The notes under the pieces are model-generated. The model did not search any database and was not told where the DNA came from. It worked only from the letters and a program-made list of their open reading frames with translations. 64,000 nt of DNA from Limnothrix sp. BL-A-16 (lineage in GTDB: Bacteria; Cyanobacteriota; Cyanobacteriia; CACIAM-69d): assembly GCA_041937175.2 (NCBI GenBank), contig CP166615.1, positions 2,048,001 through 2,112,000 of the forward strand. The letters are read 5' to 3'. How positions within the stretch are numbered: position 1 is the first letter of the stretch; the number at the start of each line of letters is the position of its first letter. Of the stretch, positions 10,459-20,168 are shown in pieces. Both the position numbers and the translations under genes were made by a program.

Positions 10459-11427
10459 ATGAGTTACCTAGAAACCGCTGCTGATTTTTACCGGGCCGCC
10501 GCCGTTACCCCAGAGGTGGGGCTATGTTGCGTTCAAGGCAGCACGGTGCAATTTCCAGGGCTGCGAATTCCCGCCCGGATGTCCAACATGAATTATGGTT
10601 GCGGCACAACGGTGCAGCCCACGGAACTGACGGGACAACCCACCGTGCTCTATGTGGGCGTGGGTGGTGGACTGGAAGCTTTGCAATTTGCCTATTTTTC
10701 GCGGCGGCCGGGCGCGGTGATTGCGGTGGAGCCGGTGGCAGAAATGCGATCGGCAGCGATCGAGAACTTACAGCAAGCCGCCCAGTTAAACGACTGGTTT
10801 GATTTGAGCTTTGTGCAAATTGTGGCCGGTGATGCCTTTGATTTGCCGATCGCCCCTGAGTCAGTGGATGTGATGGCCCAAAACTGCTTGTTCAATATTT
10901 TTGAACCGGCGGATCTCGATCGAGCCCTGGCGGAAGCACACCGCGTTCTGAAACCCGGCGGCCGGTTAATGATGAGCGACCCGATCGCGCAGGAACCCAT
11001 TCCCGAACACCTGCGCCAGGATGACCGGCTGCGGGCCATGTGCCTTTCCGGGGCCCTCCCCTACGAAACCTACGTCGATCAAATTGTGGCCGCCGGATTT
11101 GGCCAAGTGGAAATTCGGGCCCGCCGTCCCTATCGCCTCCTCGATCGCGCCACCTACCAAATTGAGAGCGACCTGCTGCTCGAAAGCCTTGATAGTGTTG
11201 CCTTTAAAGTCCCCATTCCTGAGGATGGCCCCTGCATTTTCACGGGCAAAACGGCCATTTACACCGGCCCCCAGGATCACTACAACGATGGCCAAGGTCA
11301 TCAACTCGATCGAGGTGTCCCGGCGGGTGTTTGCGACAAAACCGCTGCCAACTTAGCAGCCCAAGAACCCGCTCAAATAACCATCACCCCTTCCACTTGG
11401 CACTATCGCGGTGATGGCTGCTGTTAG
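10459..11427 (+). CDS. arsM: SAM-dependent arsenite methyltransferase (arsenosugar-pathway ArsM type)
   Basis: GLCC, NYGCG, VGVGGG SAM motif, AQNCLFN, AMCLSGA and C-terminal GCC. Confidence 0.85.
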   Translation: MSYLETAADFYRAAAVTPEVGLCCVQGSTVQFPGLRIPARMSNMNYGCGTTVQPTELTGQPTVLYVGVGGGLEALQFAYFSRRPGAVIAVEPVAEMRSAAIENLQQAAQLNDWFDLSFVQIVAGDAFDLPIAPESVDVMAQNCLFNIFEPADLDRALAEAHRVLKPGGRLMMSDPIAQEPIPEHLRQDDRLRAMCLSGALPYETYVDQIVAAGFGQVEIRARRPYRLLDRATYQIESDLLLESLDSVAFKVPIPEDGPCIFTGKTAIYTGPQDHYNDGQGHQLDRGVPAGVCDKTAANLAAQEPAQITITPSTWHYRGDGCC

Positions 11428-11473
11428 AAATTGGGGGGGTATTCAGCATCAGCCGTTTGAGAACCTTGCCTGC

Positions 11474-12784
11474 TCAAACCGATTCGGCACGCAGGGCGAT
11501 CGGCAACTCAATGCAGAATTCAGCCCCCGCTCCCTTGGCTGACTCAACGGTCAATTGCCCGTGGTGATGATTCACAATAATTTGATAGCTACTGGCCAAA
11601 TTTAAACCTACTCCTTGCCCGATCGGCTTCGTGGTGAAGAATGGGTCAAATAATTGGCGCTGAACTTCTGGAGAAATTCCCACCCCGTTGTCCCGAATTC
11701 GCACCTGAATGGTGGTGGGGCTAATGCGTTCGGTGCAAATCCAAATCGTTGGATCTTCCTGAAGTTGCTGTTTTTGCACCGCAGAACTCAGTGCTTCGAT
11801 CGCATTATTCAAAATATTCAGAAAAACCTGATTTACCTGGCCCGCATGGCACTTCACAGGCGGCAAATCCCCATAGGCTTTAATCACGCGAATTTTCAAA
11901 TCGGCTAAGGGTTGATTCAGCAACAGCAAAGTGCTGTCCAATCCATCGTGCAAGTTCACCGACTTAATTTCAGCTTCTCCTAATCGCGAAAAAATACGCA
12001 AAGCCAGGATAATTGACTGAATGCGATCGACCCCATTTTGCATCGCATCCACCAGTGATTGAAAGTCACGGGCAATGAACTCCAAATCGATTTCTTTCAG
12101 AATCCTTTGCACCGACTCCGGCGGATTAGGGCAAGCCGCCTGATACTGATTTAGTAACTCAAATAGTGTTGCCAAATACTCCCTTGCAGGCGACAAATTA
12201 CCCGCAATAAAACTCAGAGGATTATTAATTTCATGGGCCATTCCCGCCGCCAATTGGCCAATGCTGGCCATTTTTTCCTGCTGCAACAGTCGCAAATGGG
12301 TTTGGCGCAATTCTTCCAGCACCCTTTGCAGGGTTAGGTTTTGGGTAACAAGGCTCTCTTGGGCCCGCTTCAGAGCGAGCTGATTTTCAATGCGGGCAAT
12401 GACTTCTTCTAATTGAAAAGGCTTGGTGATGTAGTCAGCACCACCCATTTGAAAGGCTTGCACTTTATCCTGGGCACTATCGAGGGCGCTCAAGAAAATA
12501 ATCGGAATTTCTTTGAGGTGATCATTTTCCTTGAGGACGCGACAAACGTCATAGCCATTCATGCCCGGCATGTTGATATCCAACAGAATCAGTCTGGGTG
12601 GATCGGCATGAATTGATTGCAAAGCCATGGGGCCGTTGAGGGCTTTGCGAACGGAGTAGCCCTGTTCTACTAAGAGGGATGATAGGAACTGAATATTGGC
12701 GATCGTGTCGTCAACAATCAGAATGTCCTCTTTTGTGTCCGATTGGGTAGACATCGCGGGTGCAACCGTGGCATTCATCGGCAA
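11474..12784 (-). CDS. Hybrid response regulator / histidine kinase (REC-HisKA-HATPase)
   Basis: IVDD..LLDINMP..TKPF receiver; AHEINNPL H-box; NILNNAI, DNGVG and FDPFFTTK. Confidence 0.9.
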   Translation of the reverse strand: MPMNATVAPAMSTQSDTKEDILIVDDTIANIQFLSSLLVEQGYSVRKALNGPMALQSIHADPPRLILLDINMPGMNGYDVCRVLKENDHLKEIPIIFLSALDSAQDKVQAFQMGGADYITKPFQLEEVIARIENQLALKRAQESLVTQNLTLQRVLEELRQTHLRLLQQEKMASIGQLAAGMAHEINNPLSFIAGNLSPAREYLATLFELLNQYQAACPNPPESVQRILKEIDLEFIARDFQSLVDAMQNGVDRIQSIILALRIFSRLGEAEIKSVNLHDGLDSTLLLLNQPLADLKIRVIKAYGDLPPVKCHAGQVNQVFLNILNNAIEALSSAVQKQQLQEDPTIWICTERISPTTIQVRIRDNGVGISPEVQRQLFDPFFTTKPIGQGVGLNLASSYQIIVNHHHGQLTVESAKGAGAEFCIELPIALRAESV

Positions 12785-12801
12785 AACTCAGGAAATAGAT
12801 A

Positions 12802-14910
12802 TCAACCCTGATGAGACCAGGATTTAATGGGATAGTTGATCAAGAAATCTTCCATTTCGGCAACCATGAGGGGTTTAGCCACCCAATAGCCTTGAATGAA
12901 ATCACATTGAAATTCTTGTAATTTTTGGAGTTGAGCGATCGTTTCAACGCCTTCCGCCACAATCTGTTTTTGCATGGTTTGGGCAATGTGGATGATGGCG
13001 GCTACGAGTTCGCCCCGTTCGTGGGACTCATCCAGGGGCGTGATGAAGGAGCGATCGATCTTGAGAATGTCCACGGGCAGTTTTTGTAAATAACTCAGGG
13101 ATGAATAGCCCGTTCCAAAATCATCGACGCAAATTTGAATTTGTCGATCACGCAAATTATTTAAAACGGCAATATTCTGCGGGGTGTGACCCATAAACAC
13201 CCCTTCGGTAATTTCTAGCTTCAGGCAGGAGAGATCTACAGCCAGGCTTTGCACAATTTGATTGAACTTTTCTAAAAAGTCCTGTTGGCTAATTTGGCGA
13301 ACTGAAAGATTCACGCTCACAAATAGAGGCCGATCGCCCGGGCGATCGCGATTCCACCGTTGAATCTGTTTCAGCGCTTCAGCCAACACAAACTCCCCGA
13401 TCGCCACAATTAGTCCTGTCTCTTCTGCGACGGGAATAAACATGGAAGGGGGCACATAACCATGCACCGGATGGGGCCAGCGCACCAGGGCTTCGCAACC
13501 GGCCAATTCCCCAGTGGCCACGCAAACAATGGGCTGATAGGCCACTTGCAGTGCCTGGTTTTGGAGGGCATGGCGCAGCTCGGTTTCCATCTCCAGGGTC
13601 TGGAGGGCGTAGCGATGCATGGCCTTGTTGAACTGTTGGTATTGACCCCGGCCCATGGCTTTGGCTTGATACATGGCCGCGTCGGCATCCCGCAGCAGGT
13701 GTTCTGGGTGGCTGTAGTTGTCCGAGTCTACGGCAATGCCAATGCTGGCGTTGGTGAAAATTTCATGGCCCTGGAGCTTAAACGATCGCTGCAAGGCTTC
13801 CATGACCCGATCGGCATAGGTTTGGGCCAAGGTGAGGGGATCGGGCCCCTGTAACAGCAGGGTAAATTCATCGCCCCCAAACCGCGCCATGAGGTGGGGC
13901 GGCTCCAACAGGGACTGAAGCCGTTGGGCCAGGCTAATTAACAGTTGATCGCCCACAAAATGCCCCAAGGAATCGTTCACCACTTTGAACCGATCGCAGT
14001 CAACAAACAGCACTGCCACCCGATCGGCTTGGGCTTGGCGAGCGGCTTGAAACCGTTCCGCCAACTCCCGCGTAAAAGCGGTACGGTTGGGCAACCCCGT
14101 GAGGTCATCCCGCAGCACCAGATCCATCAGTTGTTCTTGTAGCCGTTGGCGCTCTTGAATTTCCGTATGCAGGGCCGCATTCGCCTGTTCCAGGGCCCAA
14201 GTGCGCTCCCGCACACGCCGTTCCAAGTCCAAGTTCAACTCGGCCATTCGCTGTTGAGCCGATCGAGCCTGCAAATGGGTGCGTACCCGGGCGAGCACTT
14301 CCTGACCATGAAAGGGCTTGGTGATGTAGTCTGAACCACCCACATCAAAGGCCCGCACCTTGTCGAAGGCATCGCTGAGGCCACTGAGAAAAATGACGGG
14401 AATGTCGGCGGTGCTGGGATTCGCCTTCAGGGCCTGGCAAACGCTGTAGCCGTCCATGTCCGGCATCATGATATCGAGCAGGATCAGATCCGGTGCGTCG
14501 GCGGCCACGGCCCGCAGGGCCATGGAACCGTTGATCGCCTTGCGAATTTGATATTGCTCACTGGCCAAAAGGGCTGCCAAGAGTTTCAGGTTTTCGGGGG
14601 TATCGTCCACAATCAAGATATCGGCCGGCTGGAGATCCACCTGTTGAAAACTAGCTGGCTCGATATTGGTGTCAGCCATTGCAGGGGTCGCAGCCCGATC
14701 GGGAGCGATCACCGCAGCGGCCGCGGGTCGATCGAGCGGTTGGTCGGCATGGGGCCAGCCGCTCGATCGATCCCGGCCAGGTTCCTGGAATTCACTCACA
14801 ACCCCGGGCAAATGCCCCGCAAGGGGCGCGTGAGTGGCGGCAGGCGAGTCCGGTGGCTGGTCGGGTTGGGAAGCGGAGTGCGACATGGCAGGCAACAACT
14901 CAGGCGGCAT
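12802..14910 (-). CDS. REC-GGDEF-EAL c-di-GMP cyclase/phosphodiesterase
   Basis: Receiver LLDIMMP; RFGGDEF; EALVRW; DDFGTGYSSL. Confidence 0.92.
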   Translation of the reverse strand: MPPELLPAMSHSASQPDQPPDSPAATHAPLAGHLPGVVSEFQEPGRDRSSGWPHADQPLDRPAAAAVIAPDRAATPAMADTNIEPASFQQVDLQPADILIVDDTPENLKLLAALLASEQYQIRKAINGSMALRAVAADAPDLILLDIMMPDMDGYSVCQALKANPSTADIPVIFLSGLSDAFDKVRAFDVGGSDYITKPFHGQEVLARVRTHLQARSAQQRMAELNLDLERRVRERTWALEQANAALHTEIQERQRLQEQLMDLVLRDDLTGLPNRTAFTRELAERFQAARQAQADRVAVLFVDCDRFKVVNDSLGHFVGDQLLISLAQRLQSLLEPPHLMARFGGDEFTLLLQGPDPLTLAQTYADRVMEALQRSFKLQGHEIFTNASIGIAVDSDNYSHPEHLLRDADAAMYQAKAMGRGQYQQFNKAMHRYALQTLEMETELRHALQNQALQVAYQPIVCVATGELAGCEALVRWPHPVHGYVPPSMFIPVAEETGLIVAIGEFVLAEALKQIQRWNRDRPGDRPLFVSVNLSVRQISQQDFLEKFNQIVQSLAVDLSCLKLEITEGVFMGHTPQNIAVLNNLRDRQIQICVDDFGTGYSSLSYLQKLPVDILKIDRSFITPLDESHERGELVAAIIHIAQTMQKQIVAEGVETIAQLQKLQEFQCDFIQGYWVAKPLMVAEMEDFLINYPIKSWSHQG

Positions 14911-14930
14911 GTTGAGACAAACGGACTGAT

Positions 14931-17900
14931 CTAGGGGGCGGATTGCGCTTCATCCAGTAACTCCAACACCCGATCGAACCGCAAACCGTCAATCCATTGG
15001 CTGAAGACTTGGCGCAAGGCGTTGGCACTGTCCGGCAGCGCCTCCAAAAGCTGCAAGGCTTGGCTATCGCTGCCTCGGGTGACGGCCGCTCGGAATTGCT
15101 GCTGCCAAGGATCGGGCAAGCTCGCCAGTTGGGCCAGCAAGGTATGGGGATCCGCATCGATCGGGGCGGTGTTGGGTTCCGGTTCCACAGGCGCTTGGTA
15201 GAGATATTGCACCCCTAATTTTTGACCCAACAACTCCAGCAGATCGGTGAAGTTAAAAGGTTTACAGATCAACTCATCACAGCCGGCCGCCAAGATCGCC
15301 GCTCGATCTTGATCAAAGGCGCTGGCCGTTAAAGCAATGATCAGCGTTTGGTGGCCGCCGGGCTGGGATTTGATCAGGCGACTGGCCGCGTAACCATCCA
15401 AACCAGGCATTTTCATATCCATAAAGATGGCCTGGGGGTGGTGCTGTTGCCACAGTTCGACAGCCATTTGACCATTGATGGCGGTGATGGTCTGAAAGCC
15501 CACTTGGTTCAGCAAGTCCGTGAGCAGGGCGCGGCTGTCCGCATGGTCATCGGCCACCAAAATCAAATAGGCCGGTTGTCCCGGAGCCAACCGCAGGATG
15601 GGCTGCTGGGAAGCGGAGTCGATCGCGCCGCTGGTTGCTGCCCGCTGGGCTTGGATCGTGACCGTGAAGGTAGCTCCCGTTTGCGGTTGACTATAAACCG
15701 AGATGTCGCCGCCTAACAAGCGGGCAAATTCCCGAGAAATGGACAGGCCCAACCCGGTTCCCTGGCCCGATCGCTGGCCAACGGCTGTTTGCTCAAAGGG
15801 ACGAAACAGTTGGGCAATTTCTTCAGCCGACAGGCCCGGCCCCGTGTCGCTGATGGTGAACTCCAGACCAATGGCGGCGGGGTCGGTCTCGCGGGTGGCC
15901 GGGGTCTCGGCGATCAGTGGCGATCGCTCCCCGATCGGGGTGGTTGACAGTTCCCGCGCCGTCAAAATCACCCGCCCCCGATCGGTAAATTTCAACGCAT
16001 TGCCCAACAGATTCAACAAAATTTGCCGCAATCGGTTCTGATCCGTAATCACAAATTGCGACAGGGTGGCCGATCGCTCAAAAAGCAATACCAACCCCTT
16101 GCTTTCCGCCTTCACGGTCAACAGATCTTGCAAGCTGTCTAGCAACCGGTGCAGATCAAACCGTTCCAGTTGCAGCGTCATTTGGGCCGCTTCGATTTTG
16201 GACATATCCAAAATGCTGTTGATCAGGCCCAAGAGATGCTCGCCGCTGCGGTTCACAATATTGGTCTGCTGGCGGTGTGTCAGGGAAAGGGACGGATCGC
16301 GCGCCATCAGTTGAGTAAAGCCCAAAATCGCATTCAGGGGGGTGCGAAGTTCGTGGCTCATTTGGGCTAAAAAGTGACTTTTGGCCCGGTTGGCTCGATC
16401 GGCCTCTTCCTTGGCGGCCAATAGTTCGATCGTTTGCTGTTGGGTTTTGGCGAGCAATTCGGCCTGTTGCACGGCCACGCCAAATTGCTCAGCAATCCGC
16501 ACCACGCTGGCCACTTCCACCTCCGTCCAACTGCGCGGCTGGTCATTTTGGTAGCAAGCCAACAGGCCCCACAACTGCTCCCGACAGAAAATCGGCACGA
16601 TGATATAGGCCCTGGCCTCCAGGGCCTCTAGTAACCGGAGATAGCAATCATCGAAGTTGTAGGCGTAGATATCACTGACACAGCGACAACTACGGGTGGT
16701 TTGGTAGCTGCCTCCTTGGGTGTCCTGGAGGTAGGAATCTTGAATCAACAGGTTTTGGCTATCGATCGTTTTGATAATGCATTCCGGGCGATCGACCGCA
16801 ATTCGCTCAATGGTGGTGTTGTTATAAACCGGTGTCCAACCGGGAACCACGGACTCTGAAACCACTCGCCCGCTCCAGTTCGGCTCAAAGCGGTAGACCA
16901 AAACGCGATCGCACTCAATAATTTGCTGAAGCTCGCTGGTGGTGGTGTCCAGGATGGTTTGTAATTCCAGGGTGCGCCGCATCCGTTGAATCACGCGGGC
17001 GATGGTGGTTTCGCGGCGGGCAGTTTTTTGGAGGGCTAACTCGGCCAGCCGGCGATCGGTAATGTCCGTCAGGGAACAAACCACCCGCTCCACCTGCTGA
17101 TCTTCATTCAGAATTGGATCCGCATTCACCAACAACCAGCGCCGCTGTTCGCCTTCGTTCAAGCTCAAGATGGTGTTGGCCAAGCGCCATTGGGGATTGG
17201 TGATGCGATCGGTAGTCCAAGATTGCCCCGTCGATCGATTGGCGGCCCCACCGCCACCGGTTTCACCCCCATCCCAACCCAAACTGGCGCTGAAGCTGGA
17301 ACTGAAGCCGGTGAAATTGGCTTTTAGCAGGTTGCCTACGCCTCGGTTCACCGTCGGGCGATTGGGCACGGTGGCATCCGGCTCCCCCAACGCCAAAATC
17401 TGCTGAAGCGGCATCAGGTCTTGGCCAAGGGTGAAATCATTCGGATTAAGAGTGGGCAACCCCGCATGGAAAATTTGCCCCTGAAGAGCCTCGACAGAGG
17501 TGCCCAGCAGCTTGGCCGCCATGGGATTGCAAGACAAGATACGCCCACCCGCATCCACCAGCAGCACCCCCGTTGGCAGGCGATCGATCAGCAGTCGAAA
17601 CCGCATCTCACTTTCGCTGAGGGTTTGCTCCCGCACTCGCTGTCGATCGAGTATTCGCTCAAACGTGGAAATGGCTAGAGCAATCACCAAAATGACGATC
17701 GCCCCCAAGGCCACATCCACCGCCAACCCCGCCGAAGTGATGCTGGGTAAGTTGGCAGGCTGATTGAAAGATCCGCTCCCGATCGGGAAATCTGGGGTCT
17801 GCTCCGAAAACCCAGAAGCTGGGTGATTCACCATCCAAAACTGCGTGCTGGCCATGGCGGTGTAGTGCATCCCGCCAATTCCGCAACCCATGATGGTGGC

Positions 17901-18470
17901 GCTGCTGAGGGACTGCCAGGAGAAGGGAACGCCACTGCCAGCCGCTTCCATGCCCGATCGCCCCAACCGCAACGACAGCCAAGCCGCCCCATAGGCAGAC
18001 ACCAGGGCAATCACCACAGAAGCACCAACCCCCAGCCAGGAATAGTGAACCTCGCCGGGCAACTGCATCGCTGCCATGCCGGTATAGTGCATCGCCACGA
18101 TCGCCAGCCCCATGCACAGCCCCCCCACCAACAGTGAAAAACGCACTGCGCTGCGGCTCATCACATACAGGCCAATCCCCGAGGCGATCAGGGCCCAAAA
18201 CAGAGACAGCAACGTGGTGTTGAGGTCGTAGTGAACGGCCATGGGCAACTGAAAAGCCAACATGCCCACAAAATGCATAGACCAAACACCCACCCCCATG
18301 GCCAGGCTGCCACTGACCAACCACAACACCTGTTGGCGCGCGGTTTGGGCCAGGCGCAACCGGCCCGCCACATCGAGGGCTGTGTAGGATGCAACGATCG
18401 CGATCGCCAGCGAAGCACTAACCAACGACCAGTCATACATCCCAAAAACGGGACTCAGCAGAGGCTCCAT
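14931..18470 (-). CDS. MHYT-PAS-CBCR GAF-HisKA-HATPase-REC hybrid sensor kinase
   Basis: Three MH(F/Y)x motifs in TM helices; split PAS; GAF with DSYLQ and DCYL; SHELRTPL; NLLGNALKFT; GTGLGL; receiver FMDMKMP. Confidence 0.9.
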   Translation of the reverse strand: MEPLLSPVFGMYDWSLVSASLAIAIVASYTALDVAGRLRLAQTARQQVLWLVSGSLAMGVGVWSMHFVGMLAFQLPMAVHYDLNTTLLSLFWALIASGIGLYVMSRSAVRFSLLVGGLCMGLAIVAMHYTGMAAMQLPGEVHYSWLGVGASVVIALVSAYGAAWLSLRLGRSGMEAAGSGVPFSWQSLSSATIMGCGIGGMHYTAMASTQFWMVNHPASGFSEQTPDFPIGSGSFNQPANLPSITSAGLAVDVALGAIVILVIALAISTFERILDRQRVREQTLSESEMRFRLLIDRLPTGVLLVDAGGRILSCNPMAAKLLGTSVEALQGQIFHAGLPTLNPNDFTLGQDLMPLQQILALGEPDATVPNRPTVNRGVGNLLKANFTGFSSSFSASLGWDGGETGGGGAANRSTGQSWTTDRITNPQWRLANTILSLNEGEQRRWLLVNADPILNEDQQVERVVCSLTDITDRRLAELALQKTARRETTIARVIQRMRRTLELQTILDTTTSELQQIIECDRVLVYRFEPNWSGRVVSESVVPGWTPVYNNTTIERIAVDRPECIIKTIDSQNLLIQDSYLQDTQGGSYQTTRSCRCVSDIYAYNFDDCYLRLLEALEARAYIIVPIFCREQLWGLLACYQNDQPRSWTEVEVASVVRIAEQFGVAVQQAELLAKTQQQTIELLAAKEEADRANRAKSHFLAQMSHELRTPLNAILGFTQLMARDPSLSLTHRQQTNIVNRSGEHLLGLINSILDMSKIEAAQMTLQLERFDLHRLLDSLQDLLTVKAESKGLVLLFERSATLSQFVITDQNRLRQILLNLLGNALKFTDRGRVILTARELSTTPIGERSPLIAETPATRETDPAAIGLEFTISDTGPGLSAEEIAQLFRPFEQTAVGQRSGQGTGLGLSISREFARLLGGDISVYSQPQTGATFTVTIQAQRAATSGAIDSASQQPILRLAPGQPAYLILVADDHADSRALLTDLLNQVGFQTITAINGQMAVELWQQHHPQAIFMDMKMPGLDGYAASRLIKSQPGGHQTLIIALTASAFDQDRAAILAAGCDELICKPFNFTDLLELLGQKLGVQYLYQAPVEPEPNTAPIDADPHTLLAQLASLPDPWQQQFRAAVTRGSDSQALQLLEALPDSANALRQVFSQWIDGLRFDRVLELLDEAQSAP

Positions 18471-18780
18471 GGGCAATTGTTGAACAATTCAGGGCGATGG
18501 TGGCGGGCAGCTAATTAGCTCGGGCAATTAGAGCTTGTTTTGTATAGTTTTCCCAGCCTCACGGGGAATTGGGGCCCTGAGGAAACAACTGCGTTGCTGA
18601 TCAGTGGCGATCGGCCATGATGATGAGTCCCGATGATCTTCTAAATGATGATCAATCTTGACAGGGTTGATACTCACTCAGGCCTTTCAACGTGCCTCTT
18701 TCAATGTGCCTCAATGAGCCAATTTGTGCATCTTGCACCGATGGATTTTTCTGTGAATCTTATGGAGCTGATTGATCAAG

Positions 18781-19950
18781 TTATTGATCGAAGCTGACCC
18801 AGAGTCGGTAATTGGTGAAGCCACCCATCGTGCCCACGGAAATGTCATAGCGAGCATCTTCTAGGGCCCGGAAGCGCGTTTTGCTGACTTGGCGGGCCAG
18901 GACGCGGCCATCATCATTGGTTAAGTCGAACCTGGCGCGACCATTGTAAGAATCAAGCCGGATTTCAACCGACCCAGCCGGTAAATCCACCTGCCAGATA
19001 TCTTGCTCACCACTGGTCACCTCCCCCTGGGCCGTGCCGTAGCGGCTGAGGGGGTCGATCGACAGGGCGTAGGTGTTAGAGCGATTGGCCAGGGTGGGGC
19101 CCGCTTGGAAAGGACGGGTCACCACCTCGCGCTCCCAAGGGTTGCTCTCGTCGCGGTTGGTGGATTGGGGCCGTTGTTCGATCGGGGACAGTTCCACCGA
19201 CAGCTCATAGGTTTCCGGGCCACGCAAACTGCTGACCACCACTTGGTATTGGCCTTCGCTGGGAATTTCAATAAATGCTTCGCCCGTATTGGTGGCCAAC
19301 CGAGACCCATCGGGCCCCAGCACATCAAAGCGTGCATTGCGATTGCGGGAGGAAATCAGCACCTGCATTCGCCCGGGCCGCCCATTCACCAACCACACAT
19401 CACTGCGATCGCTCGTGACCGTGCCGGTGACCAGGCCGGCCGTCCCGGCCGCATTCAAAGACAGCACTTGCGGGCCACTGGCTGTTGGGGGCGAGGGCCG
19501 AAAATCAGAGCTGGAAAAGTCCACACAGCCGACGTTCGATCGCGCACCGCTGGGCACGATCGCCCCGCACAGGTTCGCCCCATCAAGGCGTGCTCCGGTT
19601 AAATCTGTGCCCCACAGGTAAGCGCCCCGCAAATCTGCACCGCTCAGGTCGGCTCCCCGCAAGTTAGCCCGAATGATCAGCGTGTCGCGCAGGTTAGCCC
19701 CTCGCAGGTTGGCCCCTCGCAGATCCAACCCATTCAAATCATTGCCCTGAAGATTGCAACTGGGGCATTGGTTGCTTTGCACCAAGTTGCGCCGATTGAA
19801 GGTGGTTTGGTTAAAGTCGCTGGCCTGGGCGGGAGTGGCAAATCCCATGGCCAGGGCGGCGATCGAGCCAGCTAACCCCCAGCGGCCGACGGCGGAAACA
19901 GCAGCAACGGCCAGGGAACGATTGCGGAAGTGGGATTCGATCGCGGACAT
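18781..19950 (-). CDS. Secreted pentapeptide-repeat protein with two PPC-like beta domains (start uncertain, ORF open to 20055)
   Basis: Signal peptide ending AQA; CPSCNL followed by A(N/D)LRG repeats; two related ~90-aa units (G.VTS...D.W.V...RARFD...Y.I.V). Confidence 0.7.
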   Translation of the reverse strand: MSAIESHFRNRSLAVAAVSAVGRWGLAGSIAALAMGFATPAQASDFNQTTFNRRNLVQSNQCPSCNLQGNDLNGLDLRGANLRGANLRDTLIIRANLRGADLSGADLRGAYLWGTDLTGARLDGANLCGAIVPSGARSNVGCVDFSSSDFRPSPPTASGPQVLSLNAAGTAGLVTGTVTSDRSDVWLVNGRPGRMQVLISSRNRNARFDVLGPDGSRLATNTGEAFIEIPSEGQYQVVVSSLRGPETYELSVELSPIEQRPQSTNRDESNPWEREVVTRPFQAGPTLANRSNTYALSIDPLSRYGTAQGEVTSGEQDIWQVDLPAGSVEIRLDSYNGRARFDLTNDDGRVLARQVSKTRFRALEDARYDISVGTMGGFTNYRLWVSFDQ

Positions 19951-20168
19951 GGCAGGGAAATATGGTTGAAATGCTGGCTGGAGTGCTGCTGAAAATTCGT
20001 TCTTTGCGAGGTTGTTTGGACGCAAGAGGCTTGAGCATCCATTCGTTTTTAACATTCGTTGGCCAAGACTGCGAGTGATCGAGGTGCGGCAATTGGTTCA
20101 AGGGCGCAGAATTCCCCAGGACTCCATTGGCCCCTCGATCAATATCAATCCCTCAATAGCTTCCTGGG

